Assembly (NCBI GenBank): GCA_041742135.1
Contig: JBGSJG010000008.1
Location: 232,964 to 296,963, forward strand
Direction: 5' to 3'
DNA: 64,000 nucleotides
DNA from: Patescibacteria group bacterium
Lineage (GTDB): Bacteria > Patescibacteriota > Microgenomatia > UBA8517
The notes beneath the pieces were generated by a model. That model worked only from the letters and a program-made list of their open reading frames with translations, was not told the DNA's origin and did not search any database. Below, piece after piece: positions 29,768 through 38,940 of the stretch (positions are counted from its first letter, which is position 1; every line of letters begins with the position of its first letter). The translations under genes and the position numbers were made by a program.

Positions 29768-31213
29768 TTATAAAATTCCTAATGGATCGAAATAAGTGGT
29801 TGCCGAAATAATCTCTGGAGTATCATTGCCATTCGGGTGTAAATTCATTGCCAACTCATATTCTTCGCCCGCTCCCGGATCTTCTTCATCACCGCCGGTT
29901 TCGATAGTGAATATGGCTTTTGATTTTCCTTCTTTATCAAAAAGTTCAGCTCCGTCCTGCATGGTGGCTTTTTGCCAATCTGCTTGCTGATTTACTTTGA
30001 AGAAAATTTCAACACTGCAATCTTGAGGCAGAGGTTTAGTCACTAGCTTAATGTGGCGAAATCCTTTTTGAGTAAATGACTCCCCACCATCAAAGACCAG
30101 TCCTTCAAATCGTGCTTCAGCCTTGTTATCAGCATCGACAACATCCACACCAAATTCTGAACCGTTTTTCCAGGAACAGTGGAGCTTGTCTTCATACATG
30201 GTTAAAGCTCCCAGCAGGACGTTTTCAAGCTGACCGTGTGAAGGCACATACTCCAGATTTAATGCATAAGGATCATTTTTGTTAAGCCGACCGTATGAGT
30301 AAATGCCGCATTTATCACTGCCATTAACCCCAAGTAAGGGCAGACCGCCCATGATAGTCACACCGCCTGGATTAACCCAACCATACTCACCAGGAAGCTT
30401 TTTTATCCTTAACAAACTTGAGGTATCCCAGAAATAAAGACCTCCTCTGACTCCGGCTTGAATCAATAAGAACTCGCCTTGTAGAAGAGCGTTAATACCG
30501 CGCTCGGCTACCATTCGCCTTTGGATCCAGGAAGGTTGAATTTTGTCCCATGTCCACAGCCACCCTTCTTCTACTTTGTCGCCTTTAGTTGATCCGAATA
30601 TCACTAGTTGATCCAAACCGAATAAACACTTATTTCTGTGGCCGAGGGGAAGATCGATAGCATCCAGGTTAAAGCCACCTTCGTAATCGACCATCGCCAA
30701 GTCCTTTGAATCACAGATGAGTAAAACTCCAAGCGCTTCGCTCATGGTGTGCCAACTGGGATCCCCATCCAAAGTCTGCCAGTCGTGTTCTACGTCTGTT
30801 GACCAATCACCTGAGAGTTTTATTCTGCTTACTTTGGTTTCGGTTACCCAATAAAGGTATGGAACGTAATTATCCGCTCCATCGTTATTCGTATACTCAG
30901 CAGCTCCAGTGATGCTACCGTTTGAATCGGTGTAAACCAGCTCCCAAGCTCCGCTACCGCCTTGTTTTCTATAAATGCGGCCACTATCACCAAAACCATA
31001 TAAATTGCCGTTAGAAGCGGGTACAAAAAAGAGAATAAGGTCAGTAACTACCGTATCGCTGTCTAAATCTTCTTTGAGGCGTTGATTACATTTCAGTAAA
31101 TTTTCTTCACCACGAATATTTAGTCCGTAGCCAAAACGGAAAGATTCCCTAACACCTTGGTAGGGATCATCTGCTATTCCGCCTCTAAATCCTTGTATTC
31201 TGTATGCATTCAT
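29768..31213 (-). CDS. Podovirus tail nozzle / DNA-stabilisation beta-propeller-like protein
   Basis: Beta-rich 481-aa ORF starting with FRGG, located after the adaptor as in P22 gp10/T7 gp12-type modules. Confidence 0.6.
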   Translation of the reverse strand: MNAYRIQGFRGGIADDPYQGVRESFRFGYGLNIRGEENLLKCNQRLKEDLDSDTVVTDLILFFVPASNGNLYGFGDSGRIYRKQGGSGAWELVYTDSNGSITGAAEYTNNDGADNYVPYLYWVTETKVSRIKLSGDWSTDVEHDWQTLDGDPSWHTMSEALGVLLICDSKDLAMVDYEGGFNLDAIDLPLGHRNKCLFGLDQLVIFGSTKGDKVEEGWLWTWDKIQPSWIQRRMVAERGINALLQGEFLLIQAGVRGGLYFWDTSSLLRIKKLPGEYGWVNPGGVTIMGGLPLLGVNGSDKCGIYSYGRLNKNDPYALNLEYVPSHGQLENVLLGALTMYEDKLHCSWKNGSEFGVDVVDADNKAEARFEGLVFDGGESFTQKGFRHIKLVTKPLPQDCSVEIFFKVNQQADWQKATMQDGAELFDKEGKSKAIFTIETGGDEEDPGAGEEYELAMNLHPNGNDTPEIISATTYFDPLGIL

Positions 31214-31219
31214 AATGTT

Positions 31220-31924
31220 TTATGACCATCTGATATTTTTGGCTTGGCCAACAAAGACGCTCGATGGTTCTTCGTCTTCACGGTCTTTTAGCTGTTGCAG
31301 TAGAGCATGTGCCTCAACAACTTCTTTTTCGCCATCATTTTTTCTACCTGGAGCTTTAGCTAGACAGGTACCTAGTGCCAGCTTGAGGACTGGCTCATCC
31401 ATTTCTTCTGGGGTAATCGGCTCGTCAGTTTCTTCAACCAGCCTTACCGGTCGGCGTTTATAAAACAGGTCAATCACTTTCTCTGCGGTATCGGCGACAG
31501 GATCTAAAAAGTATTGATCTCCAATAACGGCATAGACTTTTTGCCAGCGCCAGTCTGTATGGGTTGAAGGATGCACAACATCTAGAGAAGGGTGGAATGT
31601 GGGCGCAATCTTGTTGTCAGATTTTCGGCTCAGATACTGATTTTCCGTAGCCTTGTGGTACTCCTCACCGTCTAAGGAGAGAAAAACCATTCCGCCAGGC
31701 TTATAATCAAATGGTAAGAAGTAAGACTCTTTCCCAGATCCATCTGGGTTGAGTTCTGTTAACTGAGTAGCGTGTTTACTAAGAAACTTCCACCGCGCAA
31801 AGTTACAGGCACGAATAATTGCTTTATTGATCCAACGGTCTTTATCTGAATCCTTCCAGAACCCGCTTACTTTTGAGGCGGTAATTCTGGCGTTTAAGTC
31901 TTGTCTAAATTCTTGTAATTGCAT
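31220..31924 (-). CDS. Phage head-tail adaptor
   Basis: WINKA...W.FL...Y.LP.D...L.P...Y..RP..L...D.P..PE pattern and position. Start moved to ATG 31924. Confidence 0.65.
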   Translation of the reverse strand: MQLQEFRQDLNARITASKVSGFWKDSDKDRWINKAIIRACNFARWKFLSKHATQLTELNPDGSGKESYFLPFDYKPGGMVFLSLDGEEYHKATENQYLSRKSDNKIAPTFHPSLDVVHPSTHTDWRWQKVYAVIGDQYFLDPVADTAEKVIDLFYKRRPVRLVEETDEPITPEEMDEPVLKLALGTCLAKAPGRKNDGEKEVVEAHALLQQLKDREDEEPSSVFVGQAKNIRWS

Positions 31925-31935
31925 AGTTTTGATTT

Positions 31936-33600
31936 CTACTGGAGATTTCCAGTTGCTCGATAATGTTGAACATATGGCAACAGAGCATTCCCGGGACAAT
32001 CCGTTGCCGATTCAGGCACTTCTCCGTGACCCAAAACACGTTCTTTTGGAATACTTCGCTCTTGTCTTAAGTTGTCTAAGACGGCCTGAAGAGTTGCTAG
32101 TTGTGAGGAGGTGGGAGTCTCATTGCTATGAAAATTTCCGCACAGAACTACGCCTAGGGACCGGTAATTCATCTTGTTACTGCCACAGTGAGCTCCAATA
32201 ACGTTGTCTGGTCTTCCTAGTATCAGGACTCCATCACCATCAAGTGCTCCAGCAATCCATTTGTGATAGCCAACATCATCCCATCCGTAGCCAATATGAG
32301 CTTTTTTAATAGTTTGAAAGTAGGTGTTATCTCTAGGTGTGGCAGAGTGGTGGACGATAATAAACTCTGGATAATTAGCTTTGTTGTAAACTTCAACGTC
32401 TTTGTCGAGTGTTGTCACTCTGCGTTCACCAGTCCAGGCAACTACTAGCTGAGGAGCGTATTTACCGGAGTCTTGGTTATAGTCCCAGATATACTTTGTA
32501 TTACCATGCCCTGAAAAATAGTTTTCTAAAACAATTCCCAATTTGCTTCCTGCCCAGCCGGGACGGTCAACAATCTCTTGGACAACTTCTTTCAGCTCTG
32601 GAGATTCATACACACTTTCCGCCGTCCAATGATCTCCTATCAGTACTCCTGCTTCTGCATGACCAGTATTCCATTGTACTTTCGCACTAGTTTTATTTCT
32701 CAGTGATGGCTTATTTGATCCGTCCGTGAGGAAGACTCCAGCATCATCTTCTGCTATGCCCTTAACGAGGATGTTGGCTTGGCCATTGTTTTGTATCGGG
32801 CTTGTGACCAATAGTTTTGCTGAAAGGATTTCTGCTCCCTGAGGTAAAGAAATAGGGCTAAAGATAAATCCTGCATCGTTGGCTGACTCATCTGGATCTA
32901 AGCTCCCATCATCGCCAAAGGTTGTCATGTTGTTCTGGAAGCCACTTGGATACCAAGTAGTTTTGTAATCTTCCTCGCCGTCCCGGTCGTCACCTTGAAT
33001 AAGACCAATTGTGATTTGTTCGTGCAAACCTTGAGGGAGATAGTAAATTTCCAGTTCCGCCTGATATCCATCACCTTTGCTTAAATCAAAACATGTTTTT
33101 GATTGATCTGAAGGGCTACCGTCGTCTTCAATAACAAACGCCAGTGCATTACCAGATTTCCAGCTAGATTGGGCTATAAGTTCTTCCACGACTAAGTTTA
33201 AATTAGGTGTTTGAACCCACTCGTGAACATTCCATTTTTTAATGATGTCCCAATCCACTGAATTAACGGTTTTGTTTCTTGTAGAAGGGCGGTTAGAACC
33301 ATCTGATTTGAATGGAGCAGGATCCGACTCTTTAATTCCTTTAATTTTTAAATTAACGGTAAAATCACTACCATCGCTGACTGCAGGACGCAGTCTTAAT
33401 CTGGCCAGAAAAATCTTTGAAAACTGAGGGATATCAATTCCTCTAAATCTGAAAGCGGCCGTTTGAGTGCCAGTAAAATTGCCAAAGGTTATAACGCTTG
33501 ATGAATTGCCATCTTTATTCCAAGACGAAGTACCAGCCTCTCTGCCGTCATCAGAGTTTTCTTGGGTTATTGCTTTGATCTTCAGTACTTGGTTTGTCAT
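31936..33600 (-). CDS. Virion protein: two DNRLRE-like beta domains plus C-terminal N-acetylmuramoyl-L-alanine amidase (Amidase_2)
   Basis: IIVHHSAT, GWDDVGYH, GAHC and GHGE...TDCPG. The repeated FRF..I.IP....I..A.L domains are N-terminal. Confidence 0.8.
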   Translation of the reverse strand: MTNQVLKIKAITQENSDDGREAGTSSWNKDGNSSSVITFGNFTGTQTAAFRFRGIDIPQFSKIFLARLRLRPAVSDGSDFTVNLKIKGIKESDPAPFKSDGSNRPSTRNKTVNSVDWDIIKKWNVHEWVQTPNLNLVVEELIAQSSWKSGNALAFVIEDDGSPSDQSKTCFDLSKGDGYQAELEIYYLPQGLHEQITIGLIQGDDRDGEEDYKTTWYPSGFQNNMTTFGDDGSLDPDESANDAGFIFSPISLPQGAEILSAKLLVTSPIQNNGQANILVKGIAEDDAGVFLTDGSNKPSLRNKTSAKVQWNTGHAEAGVLIGDHWTAESVYESPELKEVVQEIVDRPGWAGSKLGIVLENYFSGHGNTKYIWDYNQDSGKYAPQLVVAWTGERRVTTLDKDVEVYNKANYPEFIIVHHSATPRDNTYFQTIKKAHIGYGWDDVGYHKWIAGALDGDGVLILGRPDNVIGAHCGSNKMNYRSLGVVLCGNFHSNETPTSSQLATLQAVLDNLRQERSIPKERVLGHGEVPESATDCPGNALLPYVQHYRATGNLQ

Positions 33601-33865
33601 AGTCTTTTTTGTTGTTTTTAGGTGGCACGTCTAGCTTGACGTTGATCCTGGCGTTAGCTTTAATTCCAACCAGTTTCATAATTCGTCTGATAGCTGCTAT
33701 GGTCGAGCCTTCCTTGCCAACTAATGCACCTGCATCTTGGTTATCTAAGCGAACAACTAACAAAACACCCATTTCGTCGACTTTGCGTTCAATCACGACA
33801 TTTTCTGGTTTGTCAGCGATTGCTTTGACTATTTGTTCTAGTAGAGCTACATCTTTTTCTTGCAT
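33551..33865 (-). CDS. khpA: KH-domain RNA-binding protein, KhpA-like
   Basis: LEQIVKAIADKPENV...DEMGVLL...DAGALVGKEGSTIAAIR with intact GxxG loop and a GGAGGTGA SD. Confidence 0.85.
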   Translation of the reverse strand: MQEKDVALLEQIVKAIADKPENVVIERKVDEMGVLLVVRLDNQDAGALVGKEGSTIAAIRRIMKLVGIKANARINVKLDVPPKNNKKDYDKPSTEDQSNNPRKL

Positions 33866-33891
33866 GGCTTTTTCACCTCCTTTTCATTTAG

Positions 33892-34506
33892 TTAAGTAAC
33901 ATTTGGTTCGATCGTTAATACCAGTTCAGCTGCATTAGCAGCCCCACTGTTAAAATCCCAAATGTTTTCATACTGGTTTGCAGGACTGCTATCGTCTTCA
34001 ATCACTAGAGCAAGGGCTTTTCCGTCAAATTCAGCTTGTTGAATAAGCTCGTTGATGACTGAGGCAATATTGGGGGATTCATACCAGGTGTTTAGTACCC
34101 AATCTTCTGTAATATCCCAATCAACAGCCGCAGTTGTTTTACTTCTTGTTGACGGACGGTCACTTCCATCTCCAGCGAAAGGGCTGGGACTTGCTTCTAG
34201 GATGCCTTTGACTTTCAGAGTTGGTCTTTTGGTGGAATTAACGGCAGCCTTAACTCTCAATATGGCGCTGGTTACTTTGGCGTTATTGGGAATAAATGCT
34301 CGAAGAAATCTCAATGCTGTATCACAACTGCCGGTGTTATCGTTTCCGACACTTATTTGATTGGACCCAAAGCCATTGGGATACCAACTGGTATCGTAAT
34401 CTTCTTCACCATCATCATTGTTCCCCAAAACTTTAAGTTTTGTGACAATAATGCTGTCAAGCTTTGTATCTAGGTTTCCTGATTTTGCGCTATTAAATTT
34501 GGCCAT
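33892..34506 (-). CDS. Virion protein with a single DNRLRE-like domain
   Basis: Paralogous to the domains in 31936-33600 (DGSDRPSTRSKTTAAVDWDI). Confidence 0.65.
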   Translation of the reverse strand: MAKFNSAKSGNLDTKLDSIIVTKLKVLGNNDDGEEDYDTSWYPNGFGSNQISVGNDNTGSCDTALRFLRAFIPNNAKVTSAILRVKAAVNSTKRPTLKVKGILEASPSPFAGDGSDRPSTRSKTTAAVDWDITEDWVLNTWYESPNIASVINELIQQAEFDGKALALVIEDDSSPANQYENIWDFNSGAANAAELVLTIEPNVT

Positions 34507-34508
34507 AT

Positions 34509-34805
34509 TTATTTTTCAGTCACTATCTCCACAATTTGTCCTGCTACTGACGAGCTGACTACAATCTGGGTTGTATTTTTAATGCGCAAAGATAAGCTGT
34601 CACCAGGGTTATCCAGAATAAATGGCACATTTTTACTGTCGATATCATCGTGGGCGACTTTAATCTCCCCGGTGTTGTCGGCTTTGCTTTTAATAACAAC
34701 CTCGCAGCCTTCTCCAACTTTAATATCAGGTAGTGGATACCATTCATCCTGATTAGTCAGAGTTAGTTGAGCAGTTGTAAAGGTGGGTCTACTATTGCTG
34801 GACAT
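34509..34805 (-). CDS. Small beta-rich phage protein
   Basis: IKSKADNTGEI.V...L.PGDSLSL pattern seen in small virion proteins, in operon position. Confidence 0.55.
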   Translation of the reverse strand: MSSNSRPTFTTAQLTLTNQDEWYPLPDIKVGEGCEVVIKSKADNTGEIKVAHDDIDSKNVPFILDNPGDSLSLRIKNTTQIVVSSSVAGQIVEIVTEK

Positions 34806-34811
34806 ATCTTT

Positions 34812-35450
34812 TTAAAACTTTGGCTGTTCAGCCGTACTTCTAATTCCGGTTACAGATTTCTGGGTGTCAGCTCCCTCTGCAGCTCCTTTTATTTCAACTT
34901 CTTTTTTCTGCAGAGCTTTTTCTCTAGCTGCTACTTCTTTTTCTCTTTCCTCAAGAGTTCGGAATTTCTCCTGATAAATCTGATCAACGCTTTTACCACC
35001 TTTAAGATCTGTCGTTTGAACTTTCCTGAACACACTGCCGAAGTTAGGATGATTGTCTAAGTATTCGACTTCTTCCTGATCCTTAGTCTTGTAAACACCC
35101 TCATGGAATTGGATGTACTTTCCCCGGATAATTAGAACCTTGCCACCAACTTCTTTAAGGTAGGAAGGATTCATAACCAATTTCAGCTCTAAATAACGGG
35201 AAATATATACAATCTCTTTGGCTGGTTCAGCTTTTTGGGCAGTCCCTTTATTAGAAGGCTGTTCTGCGGATTGTTTGTCGGAATTGGATTCATTCGCAGG
35301 AGGTTCCTCGGCTCCAGAATCTTGAGCTTCGCTAATGCGTGCAATAAGCTCCTCTTTTTTGCCTGCTTTGGAAATGCCTAGTCGCTTAGCTTCATTCCAC
35401 AACTCAGCCATGTTCATGTCTTGTAATTGTTTTTCAGTTGTTTCTGTCAT
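34812..35450 (-). CDS. Phage protein with N-terminal SAP/Rho-N-like helix-extension-helix domain
   Basis: LQDMNMAELWNEAKRLGISKAGKKEELIARI, directly after the capsid gene. Confidence 0.7.
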   Translation of the reverse strand: MTETTEKQLQDMNMAELWNEAKRLGISKAGKKEELIARISEAQDSGAEEPPANESNSDKQSAEQPSNKGTAQKAEPAKEIVYISRYLELKLVMNPSYLKEVGGKVLIIRGKYIQFHEGVYKTKDQEEVEYLDNHPNFGSVFRKVQTTDLKGGKSVDQIYQEKFRTLEEREKEVAAREKALQKKEVEIKGAAEGADTQKSVTGIRSTAEQPKF

Positions 35451-35507
35451 AATTTTTCACCTCACTTTCTTTGTTGTCTGATTTAATAGAGTTCCAGACT
35501 TGAGTTT

Positions 35508-35567
35508 GAAGGGGTGATAACGCTCACCCCTTCTTAGGCGACTACACTGGGTAAGAAAGTGTGTAGT
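35508..35567 (-). terminator. Two hairpins downstream of the capsid gene (terminator or mRNA stabiliser)
   Basis: GAAGGGGTGA-N6-TCACCCCTTC (35508-35533) and ACTACAC...GTGTAGT (35541-35567). No clear U-tract. Confidence 0.4.
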
Positions 35568-35621
35568 GACTTCCGGTTTTTAGTTATTTCTTTCATAAGT
35601 TTTTTCAGTAATTGATCGGCT

Positions 35622-36791
35622 TTAGAGTGAACCTACGCTCATAATGGCGTGGCGTTGCTCTTGTTCCATTTGCAGACCACATTCGGTCAGGTATTCGTCA
35701 ACTTGGCTGTCTTCACCGGGATTCTGACGGTTAGTCAAAAGCTTGGTGTCACGATTTGTCAGGTAGCGGTAGGTCAAGGCTTCCATGTCCAGACCAACGG
35801 CGTAATTACCATAAGTCGTTCCGATCAATAGTGGATGCTTGATGATATGCAGAGTTCCGTGTGGGGAGTCATAAGTCACGATTCGCAGTCCATAGGCTTT
35901 CGTGGGATTAACCACTTGGAGCTTCCCTTTAGCCCAACCGTTAACCATCGAAACAACTGCTGCAGATGCGAACAGATATTTCTCGGTGTTACCGTGAGCG
36001 AAGAGGCTTTCCAGCCATGAGTCAAATTCTGACTCGGTGTCAACGTTGGCAGATGCGTAAGTGGCAATCCTTCCTAGGATACCGTTGGTAAATCGTTTCG
36101 GATGAGTTCCAGATGTAACGATTCCTTTCTTACCAAACATAAAGGTTCGCTCGATATCGACATAGTGCTCGATACCTTTTTTGCGCCTTTGGTAATCAAA
36201 GTCGTTTTCTTTCACCCAACCTTGCGTGTTTCTGGCGGTTTCTGTGATACCTACCGGAGTTCGGAAAATCTGACAGTAGTTTGCTACTTCGGCAATAGTT
36301 GTCGACTTGATATCTCGCAAGCCGGCACCTTCTTCATTGGCATTACCAATGAGCCATACGTCTCCGACTGCAGAAGCGGCCGATCCTGTTGCCCCACCTA
36401 ACTCAGCCCCGACGGTAACCGTGTTAGCGTCTACGATTGCAGTGACTTGGAAGACCCATTTTTGGGCTGAAACCAAGATAATGTCGCCAACCTGTAAATA
36501 CTGGGATTGACCAGTAATGGTTAAGTTGCCTCCATCTGGATCAACTGTGCTGGATCCTGTAAGTTGTCGTTTACCAAATTCATCTTCAAACCATTTGAAT
36601 TCTGGATCAGAAGACTCTCTTTTTTTCAGAGCTTCGCCTTCGCCGGTTGCAGGATCTTTACCTGCATTCGTCAATATCGCTACTAGAGGATATCGATTGA
36701 CATCCAAAAGCGATACGACATCCGCCACGTCATACTTGCGTGTCGCGCCGACATTTCCTGTACCTCTGATTCCTGTTGCTGATGCTGGCAT
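35622..36791 (-). CDS. Major capsid protein (DUF5309/SU10-like HK97 fold)
   Basis: FKWFED, ANEEG, NYCQIFRTPV.IT.T, DIERTFMFG, YDSPHG and E.GL motifs, following the scaffold gene, with a strong SD. Confidence 0.88.
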   Translation of the reverse strand: MPASATGIRGTGNVGATRKYDVADVVSLLDVNRYPLVAILTNAGKDPATGEGEALKKRESSDPEFKWFEDEFGKRQLTGSSTVDPDGGNLTITGQSQYLQVGDIILVSAQKWVFQVTAIVDANTVTVGAELGGATGSAASAVGDVWLIGNANEEGAGLRDIKSTTIAEVANYCQIFRTPVGITETARNTQGWVKENDFDYQRRKKGIEHYVDIERTFMFGKKGIVTSGTHPKRFTNGILGRIATYASANVDTESEFDSWLESLFAHGNTEKYLFASAAVVSMVNGWAKGKLQVVNPTKAYGLRIVTYDSPHGTLHIIKHPLLIGTTYGNYAVGLDMEALTYRYLTNRDTKLLTNRQNPGEDSQVDEYLTECGLQMEQEQRHAIMSVGSL

Positions 36792-36828
36792 AATATTTTT
36801 TCACCTCCTTTCTTAATAACGTGGGCGG

Positions 36829-37641
36829 TTAGATCCCTAACCCTCCCAAGGGGCTTTTTGACCCGCTTCCGGCGAGAGCTTTCTGGATGCGTTTTGTTTC
36901 GGCATCCGAGCCATCGGGTTGAGTCGGAGCGCCCGCTCCACTCTCAACTTGAGCTTTTGCCTTTTTCAGGCGGCTCTTTTCTTGATCTGATAATTCTTCA
37001 GATTCACCTTCATTGTTGTCCTCGGGTTCGTCAACTTTGTGCTTACCGAGGAAAGCATCGACCTGCACACAAGCCTCTTTCAAAGAGACCGTAGTGCCTT
37101 TAGCACTGGCAGCATCGATAATTGTTTGGACCATCTTTCGATAGTCTTGATCATGTAGTGGATGATCCTTCTTGGCTTCTTCTATTTCTTTTTGAACAGC
37201 CGTGCGTACTTTTTCCTGAATTTCAATGGTTCTCTTTACACCCTCGTCAATACGGGTCAGAACCCATTTGGCAAAATCTGAAGGGGTCATCTTTTGCAGT
37301 TCTTCCGCACTCGGAAGATTTAGTTCTTTATTTTCGTCTTGATTTTCCTTGCCTTCATCGTCATCTGGTTTTTCGTTTTTCTCAAGAGATTCATATTCTT
37401 TGATAATTTCCTCACGGCTCTTGCCGTGCCATCGATCTTTATCTTTGGTGTCTTTCTTTTTGTCTTTTGATTTACTTTTGTCGTTCATAGATTTATCTTT
37501 TTTGTCAGGATCTGACTCATCCTTTGGTTCCTTTTCATCTGGATTTTCATTAGATTCATCCTCAGATGACTCATCATCAGGAGCATCCATTAAGGCTTTT
37601 AATTCTTCTTGTTCTTTTTGTTTCATTTGTTCTTCGTCCAT
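36829..37641 (-). CDS. Capsid scaffolding protein
   Basis: Acidic low-complexity N-terminus, WHGKS.EE..K.Y..LEK motif, directly upstream of the capsid gene. Confidence 0.7.
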   Translation of the reverse strand: MDEEQMKQKEQEELKALMDAPDDESSEDESNENPDEKEPKDESDPDKKDKSMNDKSKSKDKKKDTKDKDRWHGKSREEIIKEYESLEKNEKPDDDEGKENQDENKELNLPSAEELQKMTPSDFAKWVLTRIDEGVKRTIEIQEKVRTAVQKEIEEAKKDHPLHDQDYRKMVQTIIDAASAKGTTVSLKEACVQVDAFLGKHKVDEPEDNNEGESEELSDQEKSRLKKAKAQVESGAGAPTQPDGSDAETKRIQKALAGSGSKSPLGGLGI

Positions 37642-37645
37642 AGGT

Positions 37646-37900
37646 TTATTCCTTCCTTAAGCTTTGAGCGGTTTCATCGCGCTCTTTTATAACGCCTGCT
37701 ACCATACTCAAAACTTTTTTGTAGGCCTTGATCAGTTGTTTATGCTCAAGGTCTTCTTCTACTGGGCAATCCAGTAGATCTTTGGTTTCAATTTCAATTT
37801 CTTTACTGACCAAGTTTTCGATAATGTGCCAGCCTTCTGTCTGGGTCATTTCCCAAACTGCTCGGCCTCGCTCTAGTTTTTCGTCAATATTGTTAGCCAT
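37646..37900 (-). CDS. Phage hypothetical protein (portal-adjacent, Bbp19-like)
   Basis: M.QTEGW.II helical ORF of a type usually found between portal and scaffold. Confidence 0.55.
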   Translation of the reverse strand: MANNIDEKLERGRAVWEMTQTEGWHIIENLVSKEIEIETKDLLDCPVEEDLEHKQLIKAYKKVLSMVAGVIKERDETAQSLRKE

Positions 37901-37902
37901 TT

Positions 37903-38235
37903 TTATAAGTTGGGATTGGCCGGAGGAGTTTCTCCCTCTGGTTGTTCCTGGTCTTCTAACCCCATACTTTTTTTCTGTGCTCCAAGGCCGCCAAGTGGTC
38001 GAACTTCGTTTTCTTTCATGTCTTGCAGAGTGGCAATTAAGCTATCTAGCACTTCCAAAAAGGTTGACTGCCCCTGGAAATATGTATTTCTGGCCACCGT
38101 AAAGAGAGAATCAACTTTGTCCCAGGTCTGAGTCTCATTTGGCTGATTTGCCTTGTTTACCTCAGGAGCCGGCTCCTTGGCTTTTTGCTCTGGCATTGAT
38201 TCTTTTTTGTTTTGATTGGTTTGGTCAGGTTCCAT
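37903..38235 (-). CDS. Phage hypothetical protein
   Basis: In-operon ORF with an AAGGAG SD. Confidence 0.55.
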   Translation of the reverse strand: MEPDQTNQNKKESMPEQKAKEPAPEVNKANQPNETQTWDKVDSLFTVARNTYFQGQSTFLEVLDSLIATLQDMKENEVRPLGGLGAQKKSMGLEDQEQPEGETPPANPNL

Positions 38236-38244
38236 ATTTTCTCC

Positions 38245-38643
38245 TTATGTAAATGGGAACGGCCGTTGGGCGTTCCATAGTAATGCTCCGACATAAACTT
38301 CGGCGGACGGCGATGAGCCACCTGCTATAGTTACAACTGCTCGGAGATATCTTTTCCTGCGGTCAATCTGCATTTTGTACCCGGTATCTGCTGTAACCGT
38401 TATTTCCTCACCACCCACAGCTACACTTACACCACTTGAAAAGTCCGAGGCATCAGATTCCTCAATTTTTACTTTGGTTGAGGTTTGGTCACCCAAATCA
38501 CCGATTGCGATATCTACAAGTCCTGAGTCATAAGCTGGTCTGTTGCTGAGATATGTATCAACGCCAGTTGCTTCAGTAGTTGCCGTGATTACACCAATTG
38601 CGAGGAGAGTAGCGGTGTGAATGTTTTGATTTAGTGTTTTCAT
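38245..38643 (-). CDS. Putative capsid decoration/cement protein
   Basis: GVD...KIEESD..DFS...KRYLRAVVT pattern typical of jelly-roll cement proteins. Confidence 0.6.
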   Translation of the reverse strand: MKTLNQNIHTATLLAIGVITATTEATGVDTYLSNRPAYDSGLVDIAIGDLGDQTSTKVKIEESDASDFSSGVSVAVGGEEITVTADTGYKMQIDRRKRYLRAVVTIAGGSSPSAEVYVGALLWNAQRPFPFT

Positions 38644-38670
38644 ATTTACTTCAGTTGTTTAAAAGCCAAG

Positions 38671-38748
38671 CAAAAAGGGCTGCAACTTCTAAACACACGC
38701 TTAATTTGCGTATATTCAGAAGCCACAGCCCCGATTGTTTCGTTAGGC
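38671..38748 (-). promoter_or_regulatory. Conserved leader RNA motif, copy 1 (GCCUAACGAAnnnAUCGGGGCU + long hairpin + U-tract)
   Basis: 24-bp stem including G-U pairs on the minus strand, followed by UUUUUG. Second copy at 52835-52904. Confidence 0.75.
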
Positions 38749-38940
38749 TTTACTTCGATATGAGTCCAGTCTAGTGAAGGAGAATTAAAACAGCAATAAA
38801 CTTTCTGTCAGTTTGTGGTGATATTAAAAGTTGGAACATCTTAACTATTTATGAGCCCATTGTTTTAATTTTCACCAGATTGAGCTATAATCGGCACTAT
38901 ATTTTAGAATATCGAAATATATCAATGAGGCTTAGAAATT

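Noticed and set aside
28432-34506. Repeated segments in tail genes as a possible diversity-generating retroelement
   Set aside because: No reverse transcriptase is present and the differences are not adenine-specific. These are ordinary paralogous repeats.
22145-38131. Numerous short plus-strand ORFs in the ORF track
   Set aside because: They are antisense shadows of the tightly packed minus-strand phage genes and have no motifs.
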